NCBI RefSeq assembly: GCF_963921235.1
Contig: NC_086108.1
Span: forward strand, 97,838,001 to 97,902,000
Reading direction: 5' to 3'
DNA length: 64,000 nucleotides
Source of the DNA: Mobula hypostoma
Lineage: Eukaryota
Below the pieces are notes generated by a model. The model saw nothing but the letters and a program-made list of their open reading frames with translations. It made no database searches and was not told the DNA's origin. The position numbers and the translations under genes are program-made. Of the stretch, positions 32,938-45,696 are shown piece after piece; position 1 is the stretch's first letter; each line of letters opens with the position of its first letter.

Positions 32938-35740
32938 AAGACCATAAAACCATAAGATATAGGAGCAGAATTAAGCCATTTGGCCCATCGAGTCTGCTTT
33001 GTCATTTCATCATGGCTGATCCAATTTTCCCTCTCAGCCGCAATTTTCTCCCTGTCTTCTCTATGTATCCCTTCATGCCCTGACCAATCAAAAATCTATC
33101 AGCCTCTGCCTTAAATATACAGAAAGACTTCATCTCCACAGCTGCCTGTGACAAAAAATTCCACAGATTCACCACATTCTGGCTGAAGAAATTCTTCCTC
33201 ATCTCCGTGCTAAAAAAATGCCCCTCTATTCTGAGACTGTGACCTCTGGTCTTAGACTTTCCCACCATAGGAAACATGCTGTCCACATTCACTCTATCGA
33301 GCCCTTTCATCATTCGCGAGGTTTCAATGCGGTCACCCTCATTCTTCTGAACTCTAGTGAATACAGGCCCAGAGCCATCAAACACTTTTCATACGACAAG
33401 CCATTCAACCCTGGAATCATTTTCATTAACCTCCTTTGAACGCTCTCCAGTTTCAGCACATCCTTTCTAAGATAACGGAAAAAATCTGCTCACAATACTC
33501 CAAGTGAGGCCTCACCAGTGCTTTATAAAGTTTCAACATGACATCCTTGCTTTTATATTCTAGACCTCTTGAAATGAATGCTAACATTGCATTTGCCTTC
33601 CTCACCACAGACTCAACTTGCAAATTAACCTTTAGGGAACCCAGCACAAGTACTCCCAAGTTCCTTTGCATCTATTTTTTTTTGTATTTTCTCTCCATTT
33701 AGAAAAGAGTCAACCCTTTCATTTCTTCTACCAAAGTGCTTGACACTGTATTTCATCTGCCAGTTCTTTGCCCATTCTTCTAACCTGTCTTAGTCCTTCT
33801 GTAGCCTCTCTACTTCCTCAAAACTACCTGACCCTCTACCTACCTTCATATTGTCTTCAAACGTGGCAACAAATCCATCAATTACATCATCCAAATCACC
33901 GACGTAAAATGTAAAAAGAATCGATCCCAATACAGACACCTCTGGAACACCACTAGTCACTGGCAGCCAGTCAGAAAAGGCTCCCTTTATTCTCACTCTT
34001 TGCCTCTTGCCAATCAACCACGGCTTTATCCATGCCCAAATCTTTCCTGTAATGCCAGGGGCTCGTAGCTTGTTAAGCAATCTCATGTGTGGCACCTTGT
34101 TAAAGGCCTTCTGATAATCCAAGTACACAACATCAACTGATTCTCCTTTGTCTATCCTACTTGATACTTCCTCAAAAAATTCCAACAGATTTGTCGGCCA
34201 AGATATTCCCTTGAGGAAACCATGCTGACTATGGCCTATTTTATCATGTGCCTCCAAGTACCCTGAAACCTCATTGTTGATAATCGACCCTAACATCTTC
34301 CCAACCACTGAGGTCAGACCAACTGGTCTGTAGTTTCCTTCTTCTGCCTCTCTCCCCTCTTGAAGAGTGGAGTGACATTTGCAATTTTCCAGACTTCTGT
34401 AATTATTCCAGAATCTAGTGATTCTTCAAAGATCATTATTCATCTCCACATTCTCTTGAGACACCTCTTTCACAACTCTGGTGTGTACACCATCTGGTAC
34501 AGGCGACTTATCTACTGTCAGGCCTTTCAATTTCCCAAGAACCTTCTCTCTAGTTCTGGTAACTTCACACGCTTCATGCCCCCAACACCTGGAACTGCTA
34601 GTGTCTTCCACAGTGAAGACTGATGCAAAATACATGTTCAGTTTGTTCACTATTTCATTGTCCCCTATTACTACCTCTCCAGCATCACTTTCCAGTGGTC
34701 CGATATAGAAACATAGAAACATAGAAAATAGGTGGAGGAGTAGGCCATTCAGCCCTTCGAGCCTGCACCGCCATTTATTATGATCATGGCTGATCATCCA
34801 ACTCAGAACCCTGCCCCAGCCTTCCCTTCATACCCCCTGACCCCCATAGCCACAAGGGCCATATCTAACTCCCTCTTAAATATAGCCAATGAACTGGCCT
34901 CAACTGTTTCCTGTGGCAGACAATTCCACAGATTCACCACTCTCTGTGTGAAGAAGTTTTTCCTAATCTCGGTCCTAAAAGGCTTCCCCTCTATCCTCAT
35001 ACTGTGGCCCCTCGTTCTGGACTTCCCCAACATCGGGAACAATCTTCCTGCATCTAGCCTGTCCAATCCCTTTAGGATTTTATACGTTTCAATCAGATCC
35101 CCCCTCAATCTTCTAAATTCCAACGAGTACAAGCCCAGTTCATCCAGTCTTTCTTCATATGAAAGTCCTGCCATCCCAGGAATCAATCTGGTGAACCTTC
35201 TTTGTACTCCCTCTATGGCAAGGATGTCTTTCCTCAGATTAGGGGACCAAAACTGCACACAATACTCCAGGTGTGGTCTCACCAAGGCCTTGTACAACTG
35301 CAGTAGTACCTCCCTGCTCCTGTACTCGAATCCTCTCGCTATAAATGCCAGCATACCATTCGCCTTTTTCACCGCCTGCTGTACCTGCATGCCCACTTTC
35401 AATGACTGGTGTATAATGACACCCAGGTCTCGTTGCACCTCCCCTTTTCCTAATCGGCCACCATTCAGATAATAATCTGTTTTCCTATTTTTGCCACCAA
35501 AGTGGATAACTTCACATTTATCCACATTAAATTGCATCTGCCATGAATTTGCCCACTCACCCAACCTATCCAAGTCACCCTGCATCCTCTTAGCATCCTC
35601 CTCACAGCTAACACTGCCACCCAGCTTCGTGTCATCCGCAAACTTGGAGATGCTGCATTCAATTCCCTCATCCAAGTCATATCTACTCTCGCCTCTCTTT
35701 TACACTTTAGGTATCTCTAGAAACTTTTGGTCTGCTCTTT
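32938..35740 (-). mobile_element. Older CR1 LINE with disrupted RT, host of a younger CR1
   Basis: ORFs 33790-34308 (SQHGFLKG...TNLLEFFEEV...VDVVYLD), 33453-33671 and 33002-33385; resumes at about 35679 after the insertion. Confidence 0.9.
34706..35678 (-). mobile_element. Young 5'-truncated CR1 LINE, RT C-terminal ORF uninterrupted (290 aa)
   Basis: ORF 34803-35675 (SKFADDTKLGG...LYKALVRPHLEYCVQFWSP...QRVVNLWN); octamer tail (TTTCTATG)n. Confidence 0.95.
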
Positions 35741-36679
35741 GTGCAGTACTATGATTTAATTGAAAGGCAGAGCGTGTTCCAAGGAGTTTATGGCTTCCTC
35801 TTGTCCTTGTGTCTTCTTGGGCTCCTATATAACAAGAGATTGCACAGGAAGGCTTGGTCAAAACTCACAAATGTCATATACAACCAGTCAGGAATCTTTC
35901 CATAATGATGTTAGACCCCAGGGCCAATTGCCACAAGCGATGAAAATCATTTTATCAGAAGACAGAACAAAGCACACCCAAAAAACTCATGTTAAAACCT
36001 GGAGATATCAAAGAAGGATGAGGTCAAAAATCAAGTTTGACTTGAAGTTTTTTAAAGACATGCTCATGATTGTATCTACAGTAGGAACATTACAAATCTT
36101 CCTAATATTCATTTCCTTTTTCCTAATTTTCATCTCATTTCTCCTACAGATCTCAAAAACAATCCACGTCTTTGGTGTCCAAGTACTTTGAATGGACTGG
36201 GGAAGACCTGCATCAGAAGAGTTCATGTTAAATCATTAACAAAGTGGATCAATGGGTTTAAATTTCTAAGCATGGTGGCCAACAAGAAAGCCCTCCGTTG
36301 TCCAATTAGAGGAGATTAAGATTAACATTAAGATCGACACTTCAAGGTCTAGGAGTATTTAACCATGATACAACCCATGAAAAGAGCCTATGAGGGAAGG
36401 AAGCTAGCTAATGCTCCTGCCTAAACCTCCTTTGAACGCAGTGTGAAAAAGGGCAGAACTTGTGCTTATAAAGAAGCAGAACTACTCATTGTGCAACTGT
36501 AGTGGTTGTATTGTCTGTCTGACAAATATGAAAAGCATTATCTGTAACTGTAACAACTACATACTTTACCATGGAAATACTTTTATGAAATACTGTCATA
36601 ATTCTATTGTATTTGTTTATTTTCCTGTGGGTGTCTGCAAGAAAATGAATCTCAAGGTGAAATATTGAATACTGTACAT

Positions 36680-37115
36680 AGAGGCCTCGGTTGGTCAGGG
36701 TCAGCCATGGATCTTGTGTCCTAGCTGTCTAGATACGCAAAACAGGGCAGTATGATATGGAGAGCAATCTTTTGCCTGTGTACACGAGGAAATCTGCAGG
36801 TGCTGGAATTTCAAGCAACACAGATAAAAATTGCTGGTGAACACAGCAGGCCAGGCAGCATCTCTAGGAAGAGGTACAGTCGACGTTTTGGGCAAAGGGT
36901 CTTGGCCCGAAACATCAACTGTACCTCTTCCTAGAGATGCTGCCTGGCCTGCTGCGTTCACCAGCAATTTTTATGTGTTTTGCCTGTGTAGCAAGCTGCC
37001 CCTCTCCATGCATCTGTTGTACCCAAAGGAACAGCAGCAACCAATACAGTTTGGCACCAGCAGCATCGCAGGAGCTGCTAGCCAACATTGAACTCAATGT
37101 AGGACTCACTGCCTT
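36680..37115 (+). mobile_element. RTE-related non-coding retroposon, interrupted at 36783-36977
   Basis: caaaggaacagcagcaaccaatacagtttggcaccagcagcatcgcaggagctgc resembles RTE-clade 5' UTR sequence (from memory). Confidence 0.4.
36783..36977. mobile_element. Fold-back Penelope pLTR mini-insertion
   Basis: About 70-bp near-perfect inverted arms (36820-36892 vs 36903-36977); exact 13-bp TSD ttttgcctgtgta at 36770-36782 and 36978-36990. Confidence 0.85.
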
Positions 37116-37957
37116 AGGAACTCCAGCTCCATATTTTTCCCTCGGACACATTGGGCGTTTGGTAGTCTTCTTTTCTCAAAGGGTACTTTTGGGTTTCTTT
37201 GTTTTGTAGGGACACAAATCTCAAGAGTGCATCATGTATACATACTTTGATAATAAATGTACTTCGAATTTTGAGATGCTGGTGGAGCTCAGCAGTTTGG
37301 GCAGCTTCTTGGAGGGGAATAAAAAGTCTATCTTTTGGTTTGATACCCTACATCAGGACTGGAAAAGAAGGAGGGGTGAAGCCAAAGAGATATAGAAGAG
37401 TGCTTCAGCAGCATTTGCCATTTTTGTTATCTGCAGAAAACATGTGCCCCTGTCCCTCACAGCACCTTCCAATGCATCAGTGGGTTTTACAAAGCAATTC
37501 TCCTCGCGGGGGAAGGAAGGCTCAAGGCTGCAGTGCAACACAGGCAGAGCGCAAGGAGAACAAATCAGGGTTTGTACCCAGGATTAAGACAGCCAAATCT
37601 GGGAGGAGACACCAATGTCCTTCGCCTCAGTGAAAAGCAAGAACGAATAAAGCAGCGGGTGCATAAAAGTTTTCCAGTTGAAGGTCTGTGTGAGCTAAGC
37701 TCTTCTGTTGAACACCAGTTGGGACTCCAAATTAGAGTACCCCACTCGTCTCCCATCAGCTGTGCATAACCTCAATGAGTTTAACGCCAATCATTTTCCA
37801 TTTGAATTACGTGGTGCATTCAGAGATTGGTAGCAGAAGATGGGAAAGTCTGAAAGCACATGCCATCTGGCTCAAGGACAGCTTCAACCCTGTTATAAGG
37901 CTGTTAAATGATTCCATAGTGCGTTAAGATGTTATTTATTTGTCTGTTGAGATACAA

Positions 37958-38567
37958 CATAGAAACATAGAAACATAGAAAATAGGTGCAGGAGTAGGCC
38001 ATTTGGCCCTTCGAGCCTGCACCGCCATTTATTATGATCATGGCTGATCATCCAACTCAGAACCCTGCCCCAGCCTTCCCTCCATACCCCCTGTTCCCTT
38101 TAGCCACAAGGACCATATCTAACTCCCTCTTAAATATAGCCAATGAACTGGCCTCAACTGTTTCCTGTGGCAGACAATTCCACAGATTCACCACTCTCTG
38201 TGTGAAGAAGTTTTTCCTAATCTCGGTCCTAAAAGGCTTCCCCTTTATCCTCAAACTGTGACCCCTCGTTCTGGACTTCCCCAACATCGGGAACAATCTT
38301 CCTGCATCTAGCCTGTCCAATCCCTTTAGGACTTTATGCGTTTCAATAAGACCCCCCCTCAATCTTCTAAATTCCAACGAGTACAAGTCCAGTTCATCCA
38401 GTCTTTCTTCATATGAAAGTCCTGCCATCCCAGGAATCAATCTGGTGAACCTTCTTTGTACTCCCTCTATGGCAAGGATGCCTTTCCTCAGATTAGGGGA
38501 CCAAAACTGCACACAATACTCCAGGTGTGGTCTCACCAAGGCCTTGTACAACTGCAGTAGTACCTCA
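37958..38567 (-). mobile_element. Young 5'-truncated CR1, near-identical to 34706-35312
   Basis: ORF 38057-38584 matches the C-terminus of ORF 34803-35675 with few substitutions; same (TTTCTATG)n tail; inserted into a V-SINE tail. Confidence 0.95.
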
Positions 38568-38790
38568 AGTAGGCCCTGCAACACCTGCTTTAACCCTAAT
38601 CATGGGACAATTTATAATGACCAACTAATCTACCAACCGGTATTTCTTTGAACTGTGGGAGGACACCAGAGTACCCAGAGGAAACCCATGTGGATACAGG
38701 AGAAAGTACAAACCCCTTACAGTCAGCAGCAGGAAATGAACCCGGGTCGCAGGTACGATAAAGAATTCTGCTGATCACTACATTACCATG
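38568..38790 (-). mobile_element. V-SINE
   Basis: Reverse-complement V-domain tgtgggaggacaccagagtacccagaggaaacccatgtg and B box aaatgaaccc. Confidence 0.65.
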
Positions 38791-39480
38791 AGGTCGAGAG
38801 AGGAACTCTTGACCTCACAATCTACCTCATTGTGACCTTGCACCTTATTGTATGCGTGCACTGCATTTTCTCTGTACTACAGTACTTTCTCTCTTCTACC
38901 CTCTCCCGTGAGCAGAAAATGCAAAAGCCCAAAACCACGTATGACCAGGCTCAAGGACAGCTTCAACCCTGCTGTTATAGGACTGTTAAACTGTCCCCTA
39001 AATGACTCTTAGCTTCACAATCCACCTCAGATTTATTTATCACATGTACGTTGAAACATACAGTAAAATGCGTTTTTGTGTTAACGACTAATGCAACGTA
39101 GGGCAGTGTACAAGTATCACCACACGTTCCAGCATGAACATACCATGTTCGTTATGATCTTGCACTTTATCGTTGACCTGTACCACAAATTCTCTGGAGC
39201 TGTAAAAACTTTATTCTGCATTGTTATTAGTTTACTTGTTCTACCTCAGTGCACAGTGTATTAACCAATCTGTATGAACAGTATGCAAGATTATCTTTTC
39301 ACTGTATCTTGGTTCATGTGACAATAATAAACCAATTCCAATTCCAGAGTCTAGAACCAGAGGACACAGCCTCAGAATGCAAGGATATCTCTGTAAAACA
39401 TGGATTAGAAATTACTTCTGCCAGAGGGTGGTGAACCTGTGCAATACATTGCCACGTTGCTTTGGAGGCCAGGTCATTGG

Positions 39481-39731
39481 TGTTGTGTATTTAGTTAATC
39501 AGGAATATTTGGGTTATCATATATATATACCGTTTGATGAAGCGTTCTTGTTCATTTAAATAATTCACTACGTGTTACATCTATAAATATGTGAATTGCA
39601 TAACGACATCACACTACCACGTGATTCGTGCGCACCTCGCTTAAAGTAAACATGAAGTTAGACTCACATTTAGGACCCCTGTGTCTTCCTTTGAATTAGT
39701 TTAATGTTTTTGAAGTTACAAAGCATTAACA
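39481..39731 (+). mobile_element. Solo LTR (251 bp) inserted in a CR1 3' end (CR1 about 39345-39910)
   Basis: TGTT...AACA termini; exact 5-bp TSD attgg (39476-39480 / 39732-39736); internal tataaata and agtaaa. Confidence 0.8.
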
Positions 39732-40319
39732 ATTGGGAATATTTAAATGGGAATTTGATAGGTTCTTGATTAGTAAGGACATCAAAAGTTATGGAGAGAA
39801 GGTAGTTGAATGGGGTTGAGAAGGATAATAATTCAGCTACAGTCAAACGGAAGAGAAAACTCAATGGCCAGACAGCCTAAATCTGGTCCTGTTTAATGGT
39901 CTTCTGGTCTATGCAGGGTGAACCAACTTAGAACTGGTAGATTAGGTGGAACGATGAAAGAGATGAGAGATATTTTCTTACCATTTTTTTTATCTGATGC
40001 CACTCAACAAGTGAGAAGGATTATCAATTTCACAACTGAAATCTCAAGCTCCAGGCTTGTTGCTTTGGTTCCCCTTCCTGCCTCACCTCTGGTGACACTG
40101 AGGAGCTCAGCCAAGCCTTGGAATCTCCAGCGCACTTTGTGCCAGTCTGCACAGATCTGCCACAGACAAACTGCATCTCATCCAAGTCTTCGCATCCTGC
40201 TCCACGCTGCATCTTATTCAAACTTCTAGGGCTCGAGGAGAATCGGCAGCCTAGCTACTGAGTGGTTGTTCCCCTTCCTGGGTCTGTCTACAGATTCAGA
40301 ATATGGAGTGGGCTGCCTA

Positions 40320-40570
40320 TTTATTTATTAGAGATAGAGCACAGTAACAGGTTCTTCCAGCCCAATGAGCCTGCACTACCCAATTACACCCATGAGAACA
40401 GTTAACCTACTAACCCCTATGTCTTTGGAATGTGGGAGGAAACCTTGGTGCCCAGAGGAAACCCACACGACATAGGGAGAATATACAAACTCCTTACCGA
40501 CAAAAGCAGGAATTGAACCTGGGTCACTGGCACGGTAGTAGTATTATGCTAGCCACTATGCATTGTGCTG
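40320..40570 (-). mobile_element. V-SINE with CR1-like tail
   Basis: ggaattgaacctggg B box, V-domain, (TAAA)n tail; similar copies at 46620-46840 (-) and 9230-9415 (+). Confidence 0.7.
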
Positions 40571-40874
40571 GAGATGAGAAGGAATTTGTTTCATGAGAGA
40601 ATGGTGAATCTCTGGACTTCCCTCTCCCAGAGAACAGCTGAAGTTGAGTCATTGAGGATATTCAGGCTGTGACAGAGTGGTTCGACTAGAGCAGAGTCAA
40701 GAGTGGGGAACAGACAGGGAAGTGGAGCTGAAGCCAAGGTCAGATCCTGGAGGTGAGGTCTTATTGAATGGTGGAGCAGACACAAGTGCAATATGACTCA
40801 CACCTGCTTCTATTTCTTATGTACGGCTTTCTATTTCTCCATTGTAAAGTGCTTAGCCTTCAGTTCCCAAAGAA

Positions 40875-42060
40875 ATCTACAGCATATTACAGGCCCTTTG
40901 GCCCACAATATTGTGCCGACCATGTAAGCTACTCTACAAACTGCCTAGAATTTTCCTACCGCATAGCCCTCTATTTTTCTAAGCTGCAAATACGTATCTA
41001 TGAGTCTCTTAAAAGACCCTGTTTCATCTGCCTCTACCACCATCCCTGGCAGTGCATTCCACGCACCCACCACTCTTTGTGTGAAAAATTTACTTCTGAC
41101 ATCCTCCCTGTACCTGCTTCCAAGCACCTTAAAACTATGCTCCCTTGGGTTAGCGTGGGGAAAAAGCCTCTGGCTATCCACATGGTCAATGCTTCTCAGC
41201 ATCTTATACACCTCTATCAGGTCACCTCTCACACTCCGTTGCCCCAAGCAACCTATACTCATAAGACACACTCTCCAGTCCAGGCAACATCCTTGTAAAT
41301 CTCCTCTGCGCTCTTTCTATAGTATCCACATCCTTCCTGTAGTGAGGTGACTAGAAATGAACACAGTACTCCAAGAGGGATCCAACTAAGGTCTAACTAA
41401 TTATAGCTGTAACATTACCTCATGGCTCTTGAACTCAATCCCACGGCTGATGAAGGCCAACACACCATATGCCTTCTAAACAACACTGTCAACCTGCACA
41501 GCAGCTTTGAGTGTCCTATGGACATGGACCCCAAGGTCTCGCCGATCCTCCACACTGCCAAGAGTCTTACCATTAATATTAGATTCTATCTTCAAATTTG
41601 ACCTTCTGAAATGAACCACCTCACAGTATCTGTGTTGAACATCTGCCACTTCTCAACCCAGTTTTACATCCTATCAATGTCCCACTGTAATGTCTAAAAA
41701 CCCTCCAGACTAACCACAACACCCCCAACTTTTGTGTCATCAGCAAACTTACTAACCCACCCTTCTACTCTCTCATCCAGGTCATTTATAAAAATCACAA
41801 AGAGAAGGGATCCCAGAACAGATCCGTCTGGAACACCACTGGTCATCGTCCTCCATGCAGAATACAAATCACCTACAACCACCCTTCGCCTTCTGTGGGC
41901 AAGCCAATTCTGGATTCACAAAACAGGGTCTCCTTGGACCCCATGCTTCAATACTTACTGAATTAGCCTGGCATGGGGAATCTTATCAAATGCCTTACTG
42001 AAATCCAGATACACTACATCCGTTACTTTACCTTCATCAATGTGTTTTGTACATCCATAG
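40875..42060 (-). mobile_element. CR1 LINE RT fragment
   Basis: ORFs 41694-41882 (TSGVPDGSVLGSLLFVIFINDLD...SKFADDTKVGG) and 40945-41271. Confidence 0.9.
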
Positions 42061-42398
42061 AGGAGTCAGTTTTGGAGTTATACTGATGTACAAGTTTTGC
42101 TGTGACTTCACCCCCTTCTCTTTACAGCTTTGGATATTTGTTCTTGCCCTGTTTACTCTGAAATGAATGATGTTGTTTGATTTTGATGTTTTAATCCAAG
42201 GTTATTTTAGAAATCAGAAAAGAAGCACAAAGCTTGTTGTTTTATGGTCCTTTTATTAAGCATTGACAGAACAAAGGAGAGTTGAACAGACAGTGATATA
42301 GCTGTACTAAGTGAAGGAAAAGTTAAGATTAAGATGGCACTTCTTTGTGTTTAGCTATTTTATACCCATAAAGATAAGAAAAATTCCATTCAAATTGT

Positions 42399-43212
42399 AG
42401 ATTAGATTAGATTAGATTCAACTTTATTGTCATTGTGCCGAGTACAGGTACAAAGCCAATGAAATGCAGTTAGCATCTGACCAGAAATGCAAAGAATAGG
42501 GTTACTTACAAAATAACTGCAAATAAAAAATAAGTGCCAGAGCACACAAATATAGAAGTACTGAGACAGTACAATATGGGTGTAATATTGTTTCACACTG
42601 TGATGTGAGGTTCAGCAGTGTCACAGCCTCAGGGAAGAAGCTCTTCCTGTGCCTGCTGGTGTGGGAGCAGAGGCTCCTGTAGCGCCTACTGGATGGGAGG
42701 AGAGTAAAAAGTCCATAGTTAGGGTGAGATGCATCCTTGATAATGCTTTTCGCCCTGCCCAGGCAACATTTGTGGTAGATGCTCTCAATGGTGGGCAATT
42801 GGGTGCTGATAATCTGCTGGGCAGTTTTCACCACACGCTGGAGTGCTTTGCGGTCCAATACGGGACAATTGCCATACCACACTGAGATGCAGTTGGTGAG
42901 TATGCTCTCAATGGTACAGAAGTAAAAGTCCATCAGTATCCTGGGACATTGGTGAGATTTCTTGATGCTCCGCAGGAAATAAAGGCACTGTTGCACCTTT
43001 TTGATCAGGATGGAGGAGTTCAGGGACCAGGTGAGATCCTCGGAAATATGGACACCAAGGAATTTGAAGCTTGATACATGCTCCACTACAGCTCCGTTGA
43101 TGTAGATGGGGATGTGAGTGTAGCTCCTAGCATGCCTGAAGTCCACAATGATCTCCTTGGTCTTCTGGGTGTTAAGGGCCAGGTTGTTGTCAGCACACCA
43201 CGCAGCCAGGTG
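42399..43212 (-). mobile_element. Rex/Babar LINE 3' part, 214-aa ORF
   Basis: ORF 42502-43146 (INGAVVEHVSSFKFLGVHISEDLTWS...ESILTNCISVWYGNC); (TCTAA)n tail. Confidence 0.9.
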
Positions 43213-43994
43213 AATTAAGAGTCAACCAATGAGAAAGCACTTATTCCATACTGCAGTACCAAGTTAACCAATGATGCAGAACAAAGAAGCTTCCAGTGCT
43301 TTCCATAATTATACTTTGTACATCTCCTAAAGGCATATTAAACTGTTTTATGCATATAAAAACTACTTAAAATATAAGCAGATAATTAATTGCTAAACTG
43401 CAAAGCTATTAATGACTGAACAGTCTAATCCAACAATGTCCTAGCCAGTGTCAATTGTCTCCCACAAAGACCAAACATTGGAAATTTACTGCAATGCTCT
43501 AAGCAATGGAGGTGCTCAGACTAATTCCACTGGTCAACCTGCCATATGGAAACCTGTCCTTAGAAGACACTTCTCTCCTGCTCTTGCAGAAGCCGGTTGT
43601 GCGTAGCCGATCCTGGGGTTGGAGCACTGTCAGTGTGTGTGAGGGGGTGGGGCTGGGTCAGAGGGAGGAAGGGGGCTTTCTCTGAAGTTGTTTTGTTGCG
43701 GTTTTCTGTTGAACATTGTGTGCCTGCAATGTTGGCATGGGAATGTGTGGCGGTGCTGGTGGGCTGCCCACAGCATACCCTAGGGTTGTGTTGGTTGTTA
43801 ACACAAACAGCGTATTCACTGTATGCTTCCGTGTACTTGTGATAAATAAATAATTCTGAATCTGAAGATTCTTTGTGTCCGTCTTCTTCCCTCTTCCATC
43901 TTCAATGGATCTACCAACCTCAGGCGCAGACTTTCTCCCTAATCGCCTACACTTTGTTGCCCAACACCCTTCAAATGCTTCTTGAAATCCCACT

Positions 43995-44570
43995 CTTTGA
44001 TAAGTAAGGAAGCAATATTGAGGCTTTATAAAGGATTGATCAGGCCACATTTGGAGTTTTGGGCCCCTTATCCAAGAAAATTTGTGCTGCCATTGGAAAG
44101 GGTCCAGAGGAGATTTACAAGAATGATCCTCAGAATGAAAGGGTTAATGTATGAAGAACATTTGATGGCCCTTGGGCCTTGTCCCCACAGAATGGGGAGT
44201 GGGATGATGGAATCTTATTGAAACCTACCAAATTCTGGAAGGTCTAGTTCGACTGGTCATGGAGAGGATGTTTCCAATAATGGGTGAGTCTAGGATCAGA
44301 GGGCACTGCCTCAGAATAGAAGGATGTCCCTTTAGAACAGAGATGAGGAGAAATTTCTTTAGCTAGATGGTAGCAAATCTGGGGAATTCATTGCCACAGA
44401 TGGCTGTGAAAGCTAAATCATTGAGTATATTCAAAGCGGAGGTTGATAGGTTCTTGATTAGTAAGGGTGCCAAAGGTTATGGGGAGAAGAACAGAGTTGA
44501 CAGAGACAATAAATCAGCCATGATTGAATGGCAGGGATGATTTGATGGCCAATTCTGCCCCATGTCTTAT
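43995..44570 (+). mobile_element. CR1 LINE 3' fragment
   Basis: ORF 43982-44221 (LRLYKGLIRPHLE...LERVQRRFTRMI). Confidence 0.85.
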
Positions 44571-45696
44571 ATTGTTTTTTACAGCAGCACTTTATTTATT
44601 TGGCTGCCACCTTCCTTTGCTGTTTCATCTTCCTTCTGTGAGGAAGGCTATTTCATGATGTCAGACAAACTAGGTACATCATGTTATTCAGATGTCATAT
44701 TGACAAGGTACCCACCAGGAGAAGCAGAGGTGTTCTCTCTGGTGAGCACATCCAATTTCCACAAAAGCAGGAGAGAAATGTCTTCTAAATGGGGAGGGGT
44801 TCCAAATTGTTAGATTGACCGATGGCCTCGGTCTGTGCAGCTTCATCAGTTTAGAGAGCTTGCAGTGAGTTCTCTTGCTTGAAGACACCAGAGGCACAGA
44901 TGCCAGAATCTGGAGCAACACACATAAAAAAACTCCATGTCTCTGTTCTACTTTGAAGAAACTCAACGGGTTAGGCAGCATCTAATGAGGGAAACAGACA
45001 GTCATCGTTTCATGTCGATGAGCTTCATCTGGATTGCTGTGTTCCTCCAGCGCTTTTTAAATTGTTCAATGGGATGTGGCTGTTTCCAGTCAGGCAAACG
45101 CTTGTTGTCCACTTCAGTGACAACATATTGTTGGGTTAATGTCCGGAGCCACACGGCCTGAATGGACAGCAGATTTCCTTCTCTGCGGACATTAATGGAC
45201 CATCCCCAGTTCAATTAAATTATTGTATTTAAAGTCCCCGGTTGTCATGGTGAGATTTGAACTTACATCTCTGAGACACTTGTTCAGGCCCTTGGATACT
45301 CGTCCATGTGCTTCACGATTTAATAAGGAAATCATCTGATTTCTCAGCCACCATTAATTGGTAATTAATATGAACAAATTTGACTGAGTTAAAATGCCTC
45401 TGAATTTACCTCAGACGCAAGAAACATGTCTACATTCTGCTGACTACATTATTTAGAGCCATGTGTCATCAGTAAAGACATACAGTAGGTTCAAACTGAT
45501 AAGCCTCGCAGGATCCCAGTGACAGAATTTGATATGGGTACATGGTCCTGATGAAAATGAATCCAAACTGGACCACTGCTCTGTCCATTGTAGCAAAGGC
45601 TCCCCTCCCTGGTCTCAGTAGAGAACCGGTCCGCGTTAACAGAAAGTCAGCCTTGACATTTTCCAGCATAACATGGAGCAGAATCAATAAACTTAC

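Noticed and set aside
34780..35472. 230-aa plus-strand ORF (also 51018-51479, 51561-51917 and 38034-38261)
   Set aside because: These are antisense shadows of the CR1 RT frames, not independent genes
35760..36191. 143-aa ORF with a hydrophobic C-terminus
   Set aside because: The hydrophobic stretch is a translated pyrimidine tract; non-ATG start and no recognisable domain
40030..40221. ORF containing CEDLDE (calcium-binding EGF-like) with a GAG|gtgagg donor
   Set aside because: The EGF cysteine pattern is absent and the acceptor is poor; probably chance
45543..45575. TGGTC-CTGATGA...GACCA hammerhead-like hairpin
   Set aside because: Lacks the GAAA box, stem II and the UH cleavage site
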